Shown here: positions 29,559-39,089 of the stretch, one piece after another
Layout: each line of letters starts with the position of its first letter
Position numbering within the stretch: position 1 is the stretch's first letter
NCBI GenBank assembly: GCA_903843285.1
Contig: CAIMPC010000039.1
Coordinates: 44,886-108,885, forward strand
Length of the DNA: 64,000 nucleotides
From: Candidatus Omnitrophota bacterium
Lineage (GTDB): Bacteria; Omnitrophota; Gorgyraeia; 2-01-FULL-45-10
Direction: 5' to 3'
The notes under the pieces: model-generated
What the model was told of the DNA's origin: nothing
Seen by the model: only the letters and a program-made list of their open reading frames with translations
The model's database searches: none
Position numbers and translations under genes: made by a program

Positions 29559-31574
29559 ATGTCAAAAGCGCTTGTGATAGTGGAATCCCCGGCGAAAGCC
29601 AAGACGATCAATAAGTTCCTCGGTAATAAGTTTATTGTTACAGCAAGTATGGGACATATCATAGATCTTCCGAAATCTAAGCTCGGCGTCGACGTAGATA
29701 ACGATTTTAAGCCCCAATACATAGTGATGAAGGACAGGAAGAAGAACCTGACGGCGCTTAAGAAAGACGCGAAGGGAACATCGGCTGTATATCTGGCCGC
29801 CGATCCGGACAGGGAGGGAGAGGCTATAAGCTGGCATCTGCAGGGCGCTCTCGCTGAGAAGGATAGGAAATTCTACAGGGTCGAGTTTGATGAAATAACC
29901 AAGGAAGCCGTCACGAACGCATTTAAGCACCCCAGAGAAATTAACATGAACCTTGTCAATGCCCAGCAGGCCCGGCGTATTCTGGACAGGATCGTCGGCT
30001 ACACGCTGAGCCCTCTATTATGGAAGAAGGTATCGAGGGGGTTGTCCGCAGGCAGGGTGCAGTCCGTAGCTGTCCGCCTTATAGTGGAGCGTGAGGACGA
30101 GATAAAGAGGTTTAATCCCAGGGAATATTGGGATATCATTGCCGAGCTTAAGCGTAAGGGCGATGAGCCCGGCAGTAAATTTACTGCCAAACTCGACAAA
30201 TATAACGATAAGAAAGTCGACGTTACGACTAAATTTGATGCCGAGAAGATAACGGCAGATCTGAGCCATTCCGCTTTTACCGTAAGCGACATAAAAGAGT
30301 CAAAGAAACGCAAGAATCCATACCCGCCATTCACCACATCTAAATTACAACAGGAGGCGTTCAATAAGCTAAGGTTTGCCGGGGCAAGAACGATGCACAT
30401 AGCCCAGGGTCTGTATGAAGGTGTTGATATAGGCGATGAAGGTAGTGTAGGTTTGATCACTTATATGAGGACTGATTCGGTAAAGATATCGAAGGAAGCT
30501 TCTGTCGAAGCTAAGCAGTATATACTCGATAAGTTCGGAAGAGAATACTATCCTGAGGTCCCTAACACATACAAATCCAGGAAGTCTGCCCAGGAGGCGC
30601 ATGAATCTATAAGGCCCACATTACCGCTTAGGGAGCCGGGTGTGGTAAAGCAATATCTTAATCCGGATCAATTGAAATTATATACGCTCATCTGGAATCG
30701 GTTCATTGCAAGCCAGATGGCTCAGGCTGTATACTCGCAAACTTCAGTTGATATTAAGGCAGGAGATTATATCTTTAAGGCTTCGTCAACCAGAGTAGTT
30801 TTTGATGGCTACACTATCGTATACGAGCTGGGCAAGGATAAGGATGAATCGAGCGAGGAATCCGGAGCCAGACTTCCGGAGCTATCGCAAAATGAGGCGC
30901 TCGATCTATTGGGGCTTGTTCCGAGTCAGCACTTTACTAAGCCGCCCCCGAGATATTCGGATGCATCGCTCATAAAGGCGCTCGAAGAACTCGGGATAGG
31001 TCGGCCGTCTACATATGCCCCGACGATACATACTATAACCACGCGCGATTATGTCACCAGAGATGCCGGTTATTTCCGTCCCACGGAACTGGGCGCGATC
31101 GTCACGAAGCTCCTCATGAAACATTTTCCGAAGGTATTAGATGTGGAATTCACGGCCAAATTGGAAGATGAGCTTGATGGCATTGAAGAAGGTAAAGTCG
31201 ATTGGGTGATGGTGCTTAAAGGGTTCTATTCGCCTTTCATCCAATCAGTAGAGCAGGCTAAAATCGAGATGGAAGATGTTAAGAAGGAGCTTATTGAGAC
31301 GGATGACATCTGTGAAAAGTGCGGGAAACCTATGGTTATTAAATGGGGGCGTAATGGAAAGTTCTTGAGTTGTTCGGACTATCCGACCTGTAAGAACGCA
31401 AAGTCTATAACGACAGGTGTCAAGTGCCCCACAGGATGCGGCGGCGAGTTAGTTGCCCGTAAATCCAGGCGCGGTAATTTCTACGGCTGTTCCAGTTATC
31501 CAAAGTGCAACTACATCTCTAAAAAATTGCCTAACGAAGCCGAGGAGAAGGCCGAAGACAAGGTTCTGGAATAG
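29559..31574 (+). CDS. topA: DNA topoisomerase I
   Basis: IVESPAKAKTI, DPDREGEAI, SAGRVQS, LITYMRTDS, QEAHE.IRPT, GIGRPSTY and C-terminal C4 zinc ribbons. Confidence 0.98.
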   Translation: MSKALVIVESPAKAKTINKFLGNKFIVTASMGHIIDLPKSKLGVDVDNDFKPQYIVMKDRKKNLTALKKDAKGTSAVYLAADPDREGEAISWHLQGALAEKDRKFYRVEFDEITKEAVTNAFKHPREINMNLVNAQQARRILDRIVGYTLSPLLWKKVSRGLSAGRVQSVAVRLIVEREDEIKRFNPREYWDIIAELKRKGDEPGSKFTAKLDKYNDKKVDVTTKFDAEKITADLSHSAFTVSDIKESKKRKNPYPPFTTSKLQQEAFNKLRFAGARTMHIAQGLYEGVDIGDEGSVGLITYMRTDSVKISKEASVEAKQYILDKFGREYYPEVPNTYKSRKSAQEAHESIRPTLPLREPGVVKQYLNPDQLKLYTLIWNRFIASQMAQAVYSQTSVDIKAGDYIFKASSTRVVFDGYTIVYELGKDKDESSEESGARLPELSQNEALDLLGLVPSQHFTKPPPRYSDASLIKALEELGIGRPSTYAPTIHTITTRDYVTRDAGYFRPTELGAIVTKLLMKHFPKVLDVEFTAKLEDELDGIEEGKVDWVMVLKGFYSPFIQSVEQAKIEMEDVKKELIETDDICEKCGKPMVIKWGRNGKFLSCSDYPTCKNAKSITTGVKCPTGCGGELVARKSRRGNFYGCSSYPKCNYISKKLPNEAEEKAEDKVLE

Positions 31575-32447
31575 ATGCAGCGGTACATAGATAAGTTCAT
31601 CAACTATATGAAGGTTGAGAGGAATGCATCGGTCCATACCGTTACGAATTACCTGAAAGATCTCAGCGTATTTAAGGAATTTCTAGGCGATAAAGAGATC
31701 GAATCCATAGACCATCTTGCCCTGCGTCGTTTCCTGGCCGAGCTTCGCGCGAAGAATTACGCGAAGAGGACTGTCGCGCGGAAGCTCGCCTCTTTAAGAA
31801 GCTTCTTCAGGTTCATGTTTCGCGAAGGGCATATAAAGAAGAACCCGATAACTGCGGTCCTTACGCCCAAGCTCGATAAAAAGTTGCCGGTATTCTTAGA
31901 TATAGCTAAGATTAATAGGTTGCTCTCGGTGCCTTCGGATAAAGATTCCGCAGGATTGAGGGACAGGGCGCTATTGGAGACATTATATTCCACGGGTATC
32001 CGCGTAAGTGAGCTTGTGGGTCTGGATATGGATGATATAGATTTCATCAGCGGCGTTGTGAAGGTATTGGGTAAGGGTTCCAAGGAGAGAATTGTACCCA
32101 TAGGCGAGCCGGCTCTATCGGCCATAAGGAAGTCTATCGATGCCAGATGTGCGGATAAGGTTAAGGATAAAGATGCGGTATTCCTAAATAAATCGGGGGG
32201 CCGCCTTACCGATAGGAGCGTCAGGCGGGTCCTCGATAAACACATTAAGACGTGCTGTATAGCGGAAAAGATATCACCGCATAGCCTACGGCATTCGTTC
32301 GCGACGCATCTACTGGACCGCGGAGCGGATTTAAGGAGCGTACAGGAGCTTCTCGGCCATATGAACCTGTCGACTACACAGATATACACCCATGTCACGA
32401 TGGACAGGCTCAAGACGGTCTATGATAAGGCTCACCCGCGGGCGTAA
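31575..32447 (+). CDS. xerC: tyrosine recombinase XerC
   Basis: RDRALLETLYSTGIRVSEL, GKGSKER, HSLRHSFATHLL..GADLR.VQELLGH and TTQIYTHV; dprA-topA-xerC order. Confidence 0.92.
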   Translation: MQRYIDKFINYMKVERNASVHTVTNYLKDLSVFKEFLGDKEIESIDHLALRRFLAELRAKNYAKRTVARKLASLRSFFRFMFREGHIKKNPITAVLTPKLDKKLPVFLDIAKINRLLSVPSDKDSAGLRDRALLETLYSTGIRVSELVGLDMDDIDFISGVVKVLGKGSKERIVPIGEPALSAIRKSIDARCADKVKDKDAVFLNKSGGRLTDRSVRRVLDKHIKTCCIAEKISPHSLRHSFATHLLDRGADLRSVQELLGHMNLSTTQIYTHVTMDRLKTVYDKAHPRA

Positions 32448-32492
32448 ACGTGGGGAGATTTTCCGGCTATGCGAGTGCGATAGAAGTGCATG

Positions 32493-32579
32493 CGTCATTC
32501 TGAGGAGGGCTTTAGCCCGACGAAGAATCTAAAAGCAAGATCCTTCGCTTCGCCCTATCGGGCTTCGCTCAGGATGACG
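32493..32579. repeat. family A core palindrome without terminal IRs
   Basis: CGTCATTCTGAG...GAAGAATCT/AGATCCTTC...CTCAGGATGACG; preceded by a family-B-like end GAGATTTTCCG. Confidence 0.8.
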
Positions 32580-32619
32580 ATAGGTATCTAATCTGGTTAG
32601 ATACTATGCGAAGGGAAAG

Positions 32620-33912
32620 ATGTTATACGATATAGCGTTTCTGTTGTTTTCGATATTCTACATACCGACCCTGGTATTTAGGGGAAAACTGCACAAAGAT
32701 TTCGCGGAGCGGTTCGGTATATATGGCGATGCTAAAGAAGATGCTCTTTGGAAGGCGCGTGATGTGATATGGATACAAGCTGTGAGCGTGGGAGAGGTTG
32801 CACTATGCAAAAGCCTTATTCCGGAGCTCAGAAGAGAGTATCCGGATCGCTCGATAGTGTTATCGACCATAACACGCACCGGAAATGATCTGGCTAAAAG
32901 GTTATTTTCAAGCGATGCGATCGTGATATATTTTCCGCTCGATTTCTCAGGCCTCGTAAAGCAAGCGATCGATAAAATAAGGCCCAAATTATACGTTATG
33001 ATCGAGACCGAGATATGGCCGAATGTATTGAAAGAGTTGGGTAGAAAACGCGTCCCTGCGATATTGATAAACGGGAGGATCTCGGATCGTTCGTTCGGGA
33101 AGTATAAGGCCGTAAAGAGGTTTTTGGCCAAGACGCTCGATAAGGTAGCGCTATTTTGCATGCAATCGGATGCCGATGCCGAGCGGATAAAAGAGCTTGG
33201 CGCGAAGGGCGATCGGGTAATCGTAACCGGTAATATGAAATTTGATGTTGATATAATTTTGAATAATAAAGCCGCGGGAACTACGGGCCTATTTGGTCTG
33301 GATGGAAGCGATCATATATTTGTTGCAGGTTCGACACATGGCGGTGAAGAAGAGATCGTGGTGTCGGTATATAAGGATCTTTTAAACGAATTTCCGGATC
33401 TTAAGCTGATAATAGCCCCGCGCCACGTCGAGAGGGCATCGGATGTGGAGACTGTAGTGAAGCGTTTTGGTTTTGATGCGGTAAAGATGAGCCGTCCGCA
33501 GGATGGCCCTTCGCCATCGCCAAGAGGTAGTTATCCGGCAAATCACCAAATCTACATTATCGATAAAATCGGGTACCTTAATGACGCTTATTCGATAGCC
33601 GAAGTAGTTTTTGTCGGAGGAAGTTTAATTCCTCATGGAGGGCAGAATCCGATAGAGCCCGCCGTATTTGAAAAGCCGGTACTCTTCGGTCCATATATGT
33701 TTAATTTTAAAGCCGTCGCCGCTTCGCTTATTGAGAATAATGGCGCGCTTCAGGTTAGGGATAAGAAAGAGCTATTGATGAAACTGAGCTATTTGTTAAA
33801 GAACAGAGACTCCAGAATCTCTCTGGGCCTGAATGCCAAGGCCGTAATATTAAAGAGCCGCGGCGCAAGCCGGCGAAATCTTACAGCTATTAAAGAGTTG
33901 ACGCATGATTAA
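32620..33912 (+). CDS. waaA: 3-deoxy-D-manno-octulosonic acid (Kdo) transferase
   Basis: W..AVSVGE, YFPLD, ETEIWPN, NGRISDRS, GNMKFD, GSTH.GEE, APRH.ER and GGQNPIEPA. Confidence 0.95.
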   Translation: MLYDIAFLLFSIFYIPTLVFRGKLHKDFAERFGIYGDAKEDALWKARDVIWIQAVSVGEVALCKSLIPELRREYPDRSIVLSTITRTGNDLAKRLFSSDAIVIYFPLDFSGLVKQAIDKIRPKLYVMIETEIWPNVLKELGRKRVPAILINGRISDRSFGKYKAVKRFLAKTLDKVALFCMQSDADAERIKELGAKGDRVIVTGNMKFDVDIILNNKAAGTTGLFGLDGSDHIFVAGSTHGGEEEIVVSVYKDLLNEFPDLKLIIAPRHVERASDVETVVKRFGFDAVKMSRPQDGPSPSPRGSYPANHQIYIIDKIGYLNDAYSIAEVVFVGGSLIPHGGQNPIEPAVFEKPVLFGPYMFNFKAVAASLIENNGALQVRDKKELLMKLSYLLKNRDSRISLGLNAKAVILKSRGASRRNLTAIKELTHD

Positions 33913-34942
33913 TTTCATATATTCATTGATGACGGATAAGAGAAACGGCGTTATGTGGCTGCCCATTAAGGGACTGCTCTATATATTGTCCCTGGTATAT
34001 GGCCTGGCGATATTCATCAGGGGAATACTATATGCGCTTAGGATATTCAGATCACATAGGGTGAGCCTTAAAGTGATATCGATCGGTAATCTGACGCTCG
34101 GTGGGACAGGTAAGACGCCTTTTTCGATAGCGTTGGCAAATATATTGGAAAGCGAGCTTAAGGTCCCGACGGCGCTACTTATCAGAGGTTACGGCTGGGA
34201 TGAACAGGCTCTTCTTAAAAAGAGATTGCCGGATATTCCGATATTAGTGGGAGAGGATAGGGTTAAATCTGCGCATAAAGCGATCAGGCTGTATGGCAGC
34301 CAATTTGCCATACTCGACGATGGTTTTCAACACTGGGAGCTCGACCGGGATATAGACATAGTGCTGATCGATTCCGGTAGGTCGTTCGGAAACGGGCAGT
34401 TGTTTCCCCGTGGAGTTTTGAGGGAGCCGAAGAGCGCTTTAAAGCGGGCCGATGTGGTCGTATTTACTAAGACAAACAAGAAAGCAACCGATTTAAGCAC
34501 TACAAAAGATATGATATCCGGGATAAACAAAGATGTCGTATTTCTGGAGGCGGTTCATAAACCTTTGCATATACATGATCCTAAGGCGAGAAAGGATCGG
34601 GAGCTATCTTATTTATCCGGAAAAAAAGTAGTGCTCGTATCGAGCATAGGCGATCCTGATTATTTCAATCAGACCGTCAGGGATCTGGGCGCAACGATCC
34701 TGGATCACATGGTGTTCAGTGATCACTATAATTTTAAGTTAAGAGATGTCGAACGTATTATAAAGAACTGTGGCGCGAAGACGCCCGATCTTATTGTAAC
34801 GACCGAAAAAGATGCCGTGAAGTTTGCGCGTATGAGCTTTTCGTTCGGAAACCAAACTATTATGACGCTCGTTATCAATATGGAGATAACCGGCGGCAAG
34901 GAGAAATTAATTGATAGACTTCGTCGCGTACGTATTAGTTAG
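33905..34942 (+). CDS. lpxK: tetraacyldisaccharide 4'-kinase
   Basis: SIGNLTLGGTGKTP, RGYG, LDDGFQH, FPRG.LREP, F.DH and TTEKDAVK. Confidence 0.95.
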   Translation: MINFIYSLMTDKRNGVMWLPIKGLLYILSLVYGLAIFIRGILYALRIFRSHRVSLKVISIGNLTLGGTGKTPFSIALANILESELKVPTALLIRGYGWDEQALLKKRLPDIPILVGEDRVKSAHKAIRLYGSQFAILDDGFQHWELDRDIDIVLIDSGRSFGNGQLFPRGVLREPKSALKRADVVVFTKTNKKATDLSTTKDMISGINKDVVFLEAVHKPLHIHDPKARKDRELSYLSGKKVVLVSSIGDPDYFNQTVRDLGATILDHMVFSDHYNFKLRDVERIIKNCGAKTPDLIVTTEKDAVKFARMSFSFGNQTIMTLVINMEITGGKEKLIDRLRRVRIS

Positions 34943-36851
34943 AGTTTTAAATATTATTTTCAGCGTATTGCCTGTAAGCTTTACCCTGTGGCTTGGCCGC
35001 CGCTTGGGAGTCGTCGCGTTTTGGGTGAATAAGAAGAGGCGGTTGATAGCCTACGCGAACCTGAAGGCCGCGTTTGCAAATGAGAAATCTCCCAAAGAGC
35101 TTCGAGCGATAACCAGGCGTGTGTATCAGAATATGGTCCAGACTTTTATGGAGGTGTTGAATCTCACCAAAGTGAACAGGAAGTATGTCGATAAATATGT
35201 GGATATCGTAAATATGGAGCGGATCGAGAATGCCGCTAAGTCCGGCAGGGGCACAGTGCTTTTGACGGCGCATTTTGGGGATTGGGAGCTGTCGAGCCTG
35301 GTAAGCGCCGCGGTGGGGTTTCCTATAACGGTTCTTGTGCGCGAACAAAAGATGAAGCGATTAAATGAAGTGCTGAACAGGCTTAGGGAATCGAATGGCT
35401 GTAAAGTCATCAGTAAGGGCATGGATGTAAAAAACCTTATAAGAACCCTTCGGGATAAAGAGATTGTGGGTATACTTGCCGACCAGGATGCGGGTAAGAG
35501 TGGAATGCTCGTTAATTTTTTCGGCCGCCCCACATCATCTCACTACGGATCCCTGGAAATAGCGAAGCGCACGGACTCCATAATACTTCCCACATTTATA
35601 ATGCGGACTCACGGACCCTACCACAAACTATTTCTCGAGGAGTATATAGATTTCAGAAATATGCAGTCTGAAGATTCTGTAAGGGATAACCTTCAGAAGT
35701 ATATGAGCCTTTTGGAGAAGTACGTCAGGCAGTATCCCGACCAGTGGTTGTGGTTGCATAAGAGGTGGAAATCGACCCCCGTCAGAACTGTTCTCGTCCT
35801 AAGCGATGGCAAGGCCGGACACATGAACCAGTCTCTTGCGATTGCTCATCAGATTCAGAAGGTGAGAATTACGCAGGGTTACAAGGATACGGATACTAAG
35901 ATAGTAGTGATCGATGTTAAGTATAAGAGTAAGTTTGCAAAGACCGCATTAACAATAGCCGCAAACTTTGCATCATGGCGGTGTCATGGCCGTATGGGTA
36001 TCATGAAAGCGTGCCTCGAAAAGGATTCGTATGAAGCGTTGATGAGGACTTATTCGGAATATGTAGTATCTTGCGGTTCCGGTTCGGCGTGCGCGAACGT
36101 CTTTATGGCCAGGGAAAACAATGCGAAGAACATTATAATAATGAAGCCGGGCATGATCGGCCTGTCCCATTTTTCGCTCGCGATCATTCCGAAACATGAT
36201 AAGCCGCCTTCGAGGAAAAACGTTGTAACCACGACTCTCGCTCCGAACCTTATAGATCGCGATAGCATGCATAATTATGGTGAAAAACTTCGGGATCAAT
36301 TAAACATAGAGAAAAATATAGTGCTTGGCGCGATGATAGGCGGCAATAATCCAGACTTTACGATGACTAAAGATATGGTAAATAAGGCAATCTCAGGCCT
36401 GATAGAATTCTGTAAGGCTTATGATGCCGACCTACTACTAACAACATCGCGTCGTACTCCGAAAGAGATAGAGGAGCTTATAAAGGAGCGTCTCGGTAAG
36501 CATAGGTTCTGTAAGATGCTGGTTATCGCCAACCAGAAGAATGCGGAAGGCACAGTCGCCGGAATACTCGATATATGTGATATAGTGGCGGTCTCCGGCG
36601 AATCGGTCTCTATGGTGTCCGAGGCGATACATTCAGGTAAGAAAGTCGTCGTCTTTGGCCTCGAAAAGAGGAAAGAAGGTTTTACAAAATACGAACGTGT
36701 CCTGGATCTTTTAGAGCGGGAGGGATACGTTAATTGCGTTCATCCGTCAGATTTGGGAACGAGACTAGATAAGGTATGGAGAACTGTGCGCGCTATAAAA
36801 AAAGTCGACGATCGCGATAGAACCTTAGAGGCGGTAAAGAGATTATTGTAG
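34911..36851 (+). CDS. lipid A late acyltransferase (LpxL-like) fused to an ELM1/GtrOC1-family domain
   Basis: N-terminal AHFGDWEL, LADQ, FFG and PDQWLWLHKRWK; C-terminal LSDGKAGH.NQS, P.HD, IGG, TTSRRTP and SVSMVSEA; TTG start. Confidence 0.85.
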   Translation: MIDFVAYVLVRVLNIIFSVLPVSFTLWLGRRLGVVAFWVNKKRRLIAYANLKAAFANEKSPKELRAITRRVYQNMVQTFMEVLNLTKVNRKYVDKYVDIVNMERIENAAKSGRGTVLLTAHFGDWELSSLVSAAVGFPITVLVREQKMKRLNEVLNRLRESNGCKVISKGMDVKNLIRTLRDKEIVGILADQDAGKSGMLVNFFGRPTSSHYGSLEIAKRTDSIILPTFIMRTHGPYHKLFLEEYIDFRNMQSEDSVRDNLQKYMSLLEKYVRQYPDQWLWLHKRWKSTPVRTVLVLSDGKAGHMNQSLAIAHQIQKVRITQGYKDTDTKIVVIDVKYKSKFAKTALTIAANFASWRCHGRMGIMKACLEKDSYEALMRTYSEYVVSCGSGSACANVFMARENNAKNIIIMKPGMIGLSHFSLAIIPKHDKPPSRKNVVTTTLAPNLIDRDSMHNYGEKLRDQLNIEKNIVLGAMIGGNNPDFTMTKDMVNKAISGLIEFCKAYDADLLLTTSRRTPKEIEELIKERLGKHRFCKMLVIANQKNAEGTVAGILDICDIVAVSGESVSMVSEAIHSGKKVVVFGLEKRKEGFTKYERVLDLLEREGYVNCVHPSDLGTRLDKVWRTVRAIKKVDDRDRTLEAVKRLL

Positions 36852-36857
36852 AGATGG

Positions 36858-36908
36858 AGATTTTTCGCCCATAGCGTAAGGGGCTATCTGTCGAGCATCG
36901 AAAAATCT
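36858..36908. repeat. miniature family B element (ends only)
   Basis: 10-bp perfect IR AGATTTTTCG / CGAAAAATCT around 31 nt; followed by TAGGG as in the 28.3-kb copy. Confidence 0.65.
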
Positions 36909-36928
36909 ACTAGGGCTATGAGGATAAA

Positions 36929-39064
36929 ATGAATATTTTGCAGATACTACCGGCATTGGAAGTTGGAGGGGTTGAGACGGGAACGATTGACCTTGCCCGG
37001 TATCTTGTGAAGAACGGTCATAAAGCGATTGTAGTATCCGGTGGAGGGGCGCTCGTTAAGGAACTTGAGGCGATTGGCTCTCGCCATTATTGTCTCGCCG
37101 TGGGGAAGAAGTCGCTCATAAGTGTTATAAAGATGACCAGAGAGCTTATAGGCATCATACGTCGTGAAAACATAGATATCGTGCATGCGCGCTCGAGGGT
37201 TCCGGCGCTTATTGCGTATTTGGCGTGCAAGAGCACGAGCCGTATTCTAATAACTACAGCGCACGGATATTATAAGAAGCATTTGATGAGTGAGTCGATG
37301 AGTTGGGGAAAGTTCGTAATAGTCGCTTCCAATATAATGGTAAAACATATGGCAGGCTCATTTAACGTGCCGTTCGATCGGATAAGGATGATTCCGAGGG
37401 GAGTAGATCTAAACAGGTTTAATTTAAGGACCGGTAAGACCGGACGCCCGAAAGAGTATGTAATAGGAATGGTATCACGAATAACTCCGCTTAAAGCTCA
37501 TGCAGATTTTATAAGGGCGATAGCGCGAATAAGAGGGCAAATACCGAACCTTAAAGTTGTTGTGGTCGGATCGGCCCCAAAAGATAAATATAGAGAAGAT
37601 GTGGAGCTACTTATAAAACAGCTCGGCCTTTCAGGCACTATAGAGCTTATCGGTGCGCGTCAGGATGTGGCCGGGATAATGGGCGAAATGGATATGTTGG
37701 TTTCAGCGACGATGACGCCGGAAGCATTCGGACGCGTAATAATTGAAGCGCAGGCAATCGGCGTTCCTGTGGTGGCTACGAGAGTAGGTGGTGTAGTGGA
37801 TATTGTAGAGGATAACAAAACCGGACTTTTATGCGAACCTCGCAATCCTGATGATATGGCAGAAAAGATATTAAAATTATACAGAGAGAACGGGCTCGCC
37901 GATAGTATTGTCCTGGCTGCCAGAAAACGTGTTGAGGATGAATTTAATTCGGAAAAGATGATGAAAAGGACGCTCGCAGTATACGAGGAAGCGCTGAAGG
38001 TGCAGAATATACTCGTTATAAAAATGAGCGCCATAGGAGATGTTATATTAAGCATCCCCTCACTGCGGGCCATTCGCGCTAAATACCCGAACGCAAAGAT
38101 TAAAGTATTGACTTCGCTTACTTCGCGAGAGGTGCTGAGCGGATGCCCTTATATAAGCGGCTGTATAATATGCGATTTTAAGGGAAAGCACAAAGGCATT
38201 AAAGGGCTATGGGCGCTTGCTAAGGAATTACGCCGTGAATCTTTTGAGATAGTGATCGATCTTCAGAACAACAGGAAGAGCCACATATTGGCGTGCCTCT
38301 GCCTCGCAGGTCTAAGGTATGGTTATGATAACGGTAAGTTATCGCTTCTTCTGAATCGCAGGATAAAGAACGATGCGCCGTATCTCGATCCGATAGAACA
38401 TCAGTTTAGAGTGCTGAAGATGGCGGGAATGAAACCATCAGATAAGGCCTTGGAATTATGGCCATCGACCCACGATGAGACGGAGATAAATAAATTCTTA
38501 TCGGAAAATTGGGTTAAGCCGGGACAGGGCCTGATTGGCATCAATGTCAGGGCCTCCGCGCGCTGGACGAGTAAGAATTGGCCGGCCGTGCTTATAGCCG
38601 AAACATGCGATCGGCTTGCAAAAGAGTATAACGTCCGTGTCATCCTTACGGGAACTGCGGATGATGCCGCATTTGCCGGCGCTATTGCCGGTTCGGCGAA
38701 TTCAAAACCTATCGTGGCCGCGGGTAAGACCACGGTTATGGAGCTCGCGGCGCTTATAAAACGGTTTAAGGTTTTCCTGACTCCGGATTCTGCGCCTATG
38801 CACGTTGCCATAGCGGTCGGGACGCCCTGCGTGGCGTTGTTTGGCCCCACAGATCCTGCGCGGCACGTAGCGCCGTCTAAGGACTGTGTAATATTGAATA
38901 AGGGTAAGGAGCTAAGGTGTAGTCCTTGCTACAAGAGCGAATGTTCGATGAAGATAACCTGTATGAAGCTGATAACGGTCGATGATGTTATCGGGGCTAT
39001 AAAGGTTTTCATGGCGCGCAAGGACGATGTGCCATGTGAAAATCAAGGGCTTCGGTGTCAATGA
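36929..39064 (+). CDS. GT4 glycosyltransferase fused to a GT9 heptosyltransferase-like domain
   Basis: N-terminal GGVE.GT, HARSR.PA and EAFGRV.IEAQA.G; C-terminal SAIGDV, DLQ and DSAPMH.A.A.G.P.VALFGPT. Confidence 0.88.
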   Translation: MNILQILPALEVGGVETGTIDLARYLVKNGHKAIVVSGGGALVKELEAIGSRHYCLAVGKKSLISVIKMTRELIGIIRRENIDIVHARSRVPALIAYLACKSTSRILITTAHGYYKKHLMSESMSWGKFVIVASNIMVKHMAGSFNVPFDRIRMIPRGVDLNRFNLRTGKTGRPKEYVIGMVSRITPLKAHADFIRAIARIRGQIPNLKVVVVGSAPKDKYREDVELLIKQLGLSGTIELIGARQDVAGIMGEMDMLVSATMTPEAFGRVIIEAQAIGVPVVATRVGGVVDIVEDNKTGLLCEPRNPDDMAEKILKLYRENGLADSIVLAARKRVEDEFNSEKMMKRTLAVYEEALKVQNILVIKMSAIGDVILSIPSLRAIRAKYPNAKIKVLTSLTSREVLSGCPYISGCIICDFKGKHKGIKGLWALAKELRRESFEIVIDLQNNRKSHILACLCLAGLRYGYDNGKLSLLLNRRIKNDAPYLDPIEHQFRVLKMAGMKPSDKALELWPSTHDETEINKFLSENWVKPGQGLIGINVRASARWTSKNWPAVLIAETCDRLAKEYNVRVILTGTADDAAFAGAIAGSANSKPIVAAGKTTVMELAALIKRFKVFLTPDSAPMHVAIAVGTPCVALFGPTDPARHVAPSKDCVILNKGKELRCSPCYKSECSMKITCMKLITVDDVIGAIKVFMARKDDVPCENQGLRCQ

Positions 39065-39089
39065 TGAAGATGGCAGAGATTAGTATATA

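Noticed and set aside
31757-32413. Long minus-strand ORFs (also 10136-10774, 23321-23926, 39560-40111, 60940-61617 and others)
   Set aside because: They are antisense shadows of well-supported + strand genes and show no recognisable motifs.
31575-32447. Tyrosine recombinase as a phage/ICE integrase
   Set aside because: Size, motifs and the dprA-topA-xerC context fit chromosomal XerC. No att site, tRNA or phage genes are nearby.
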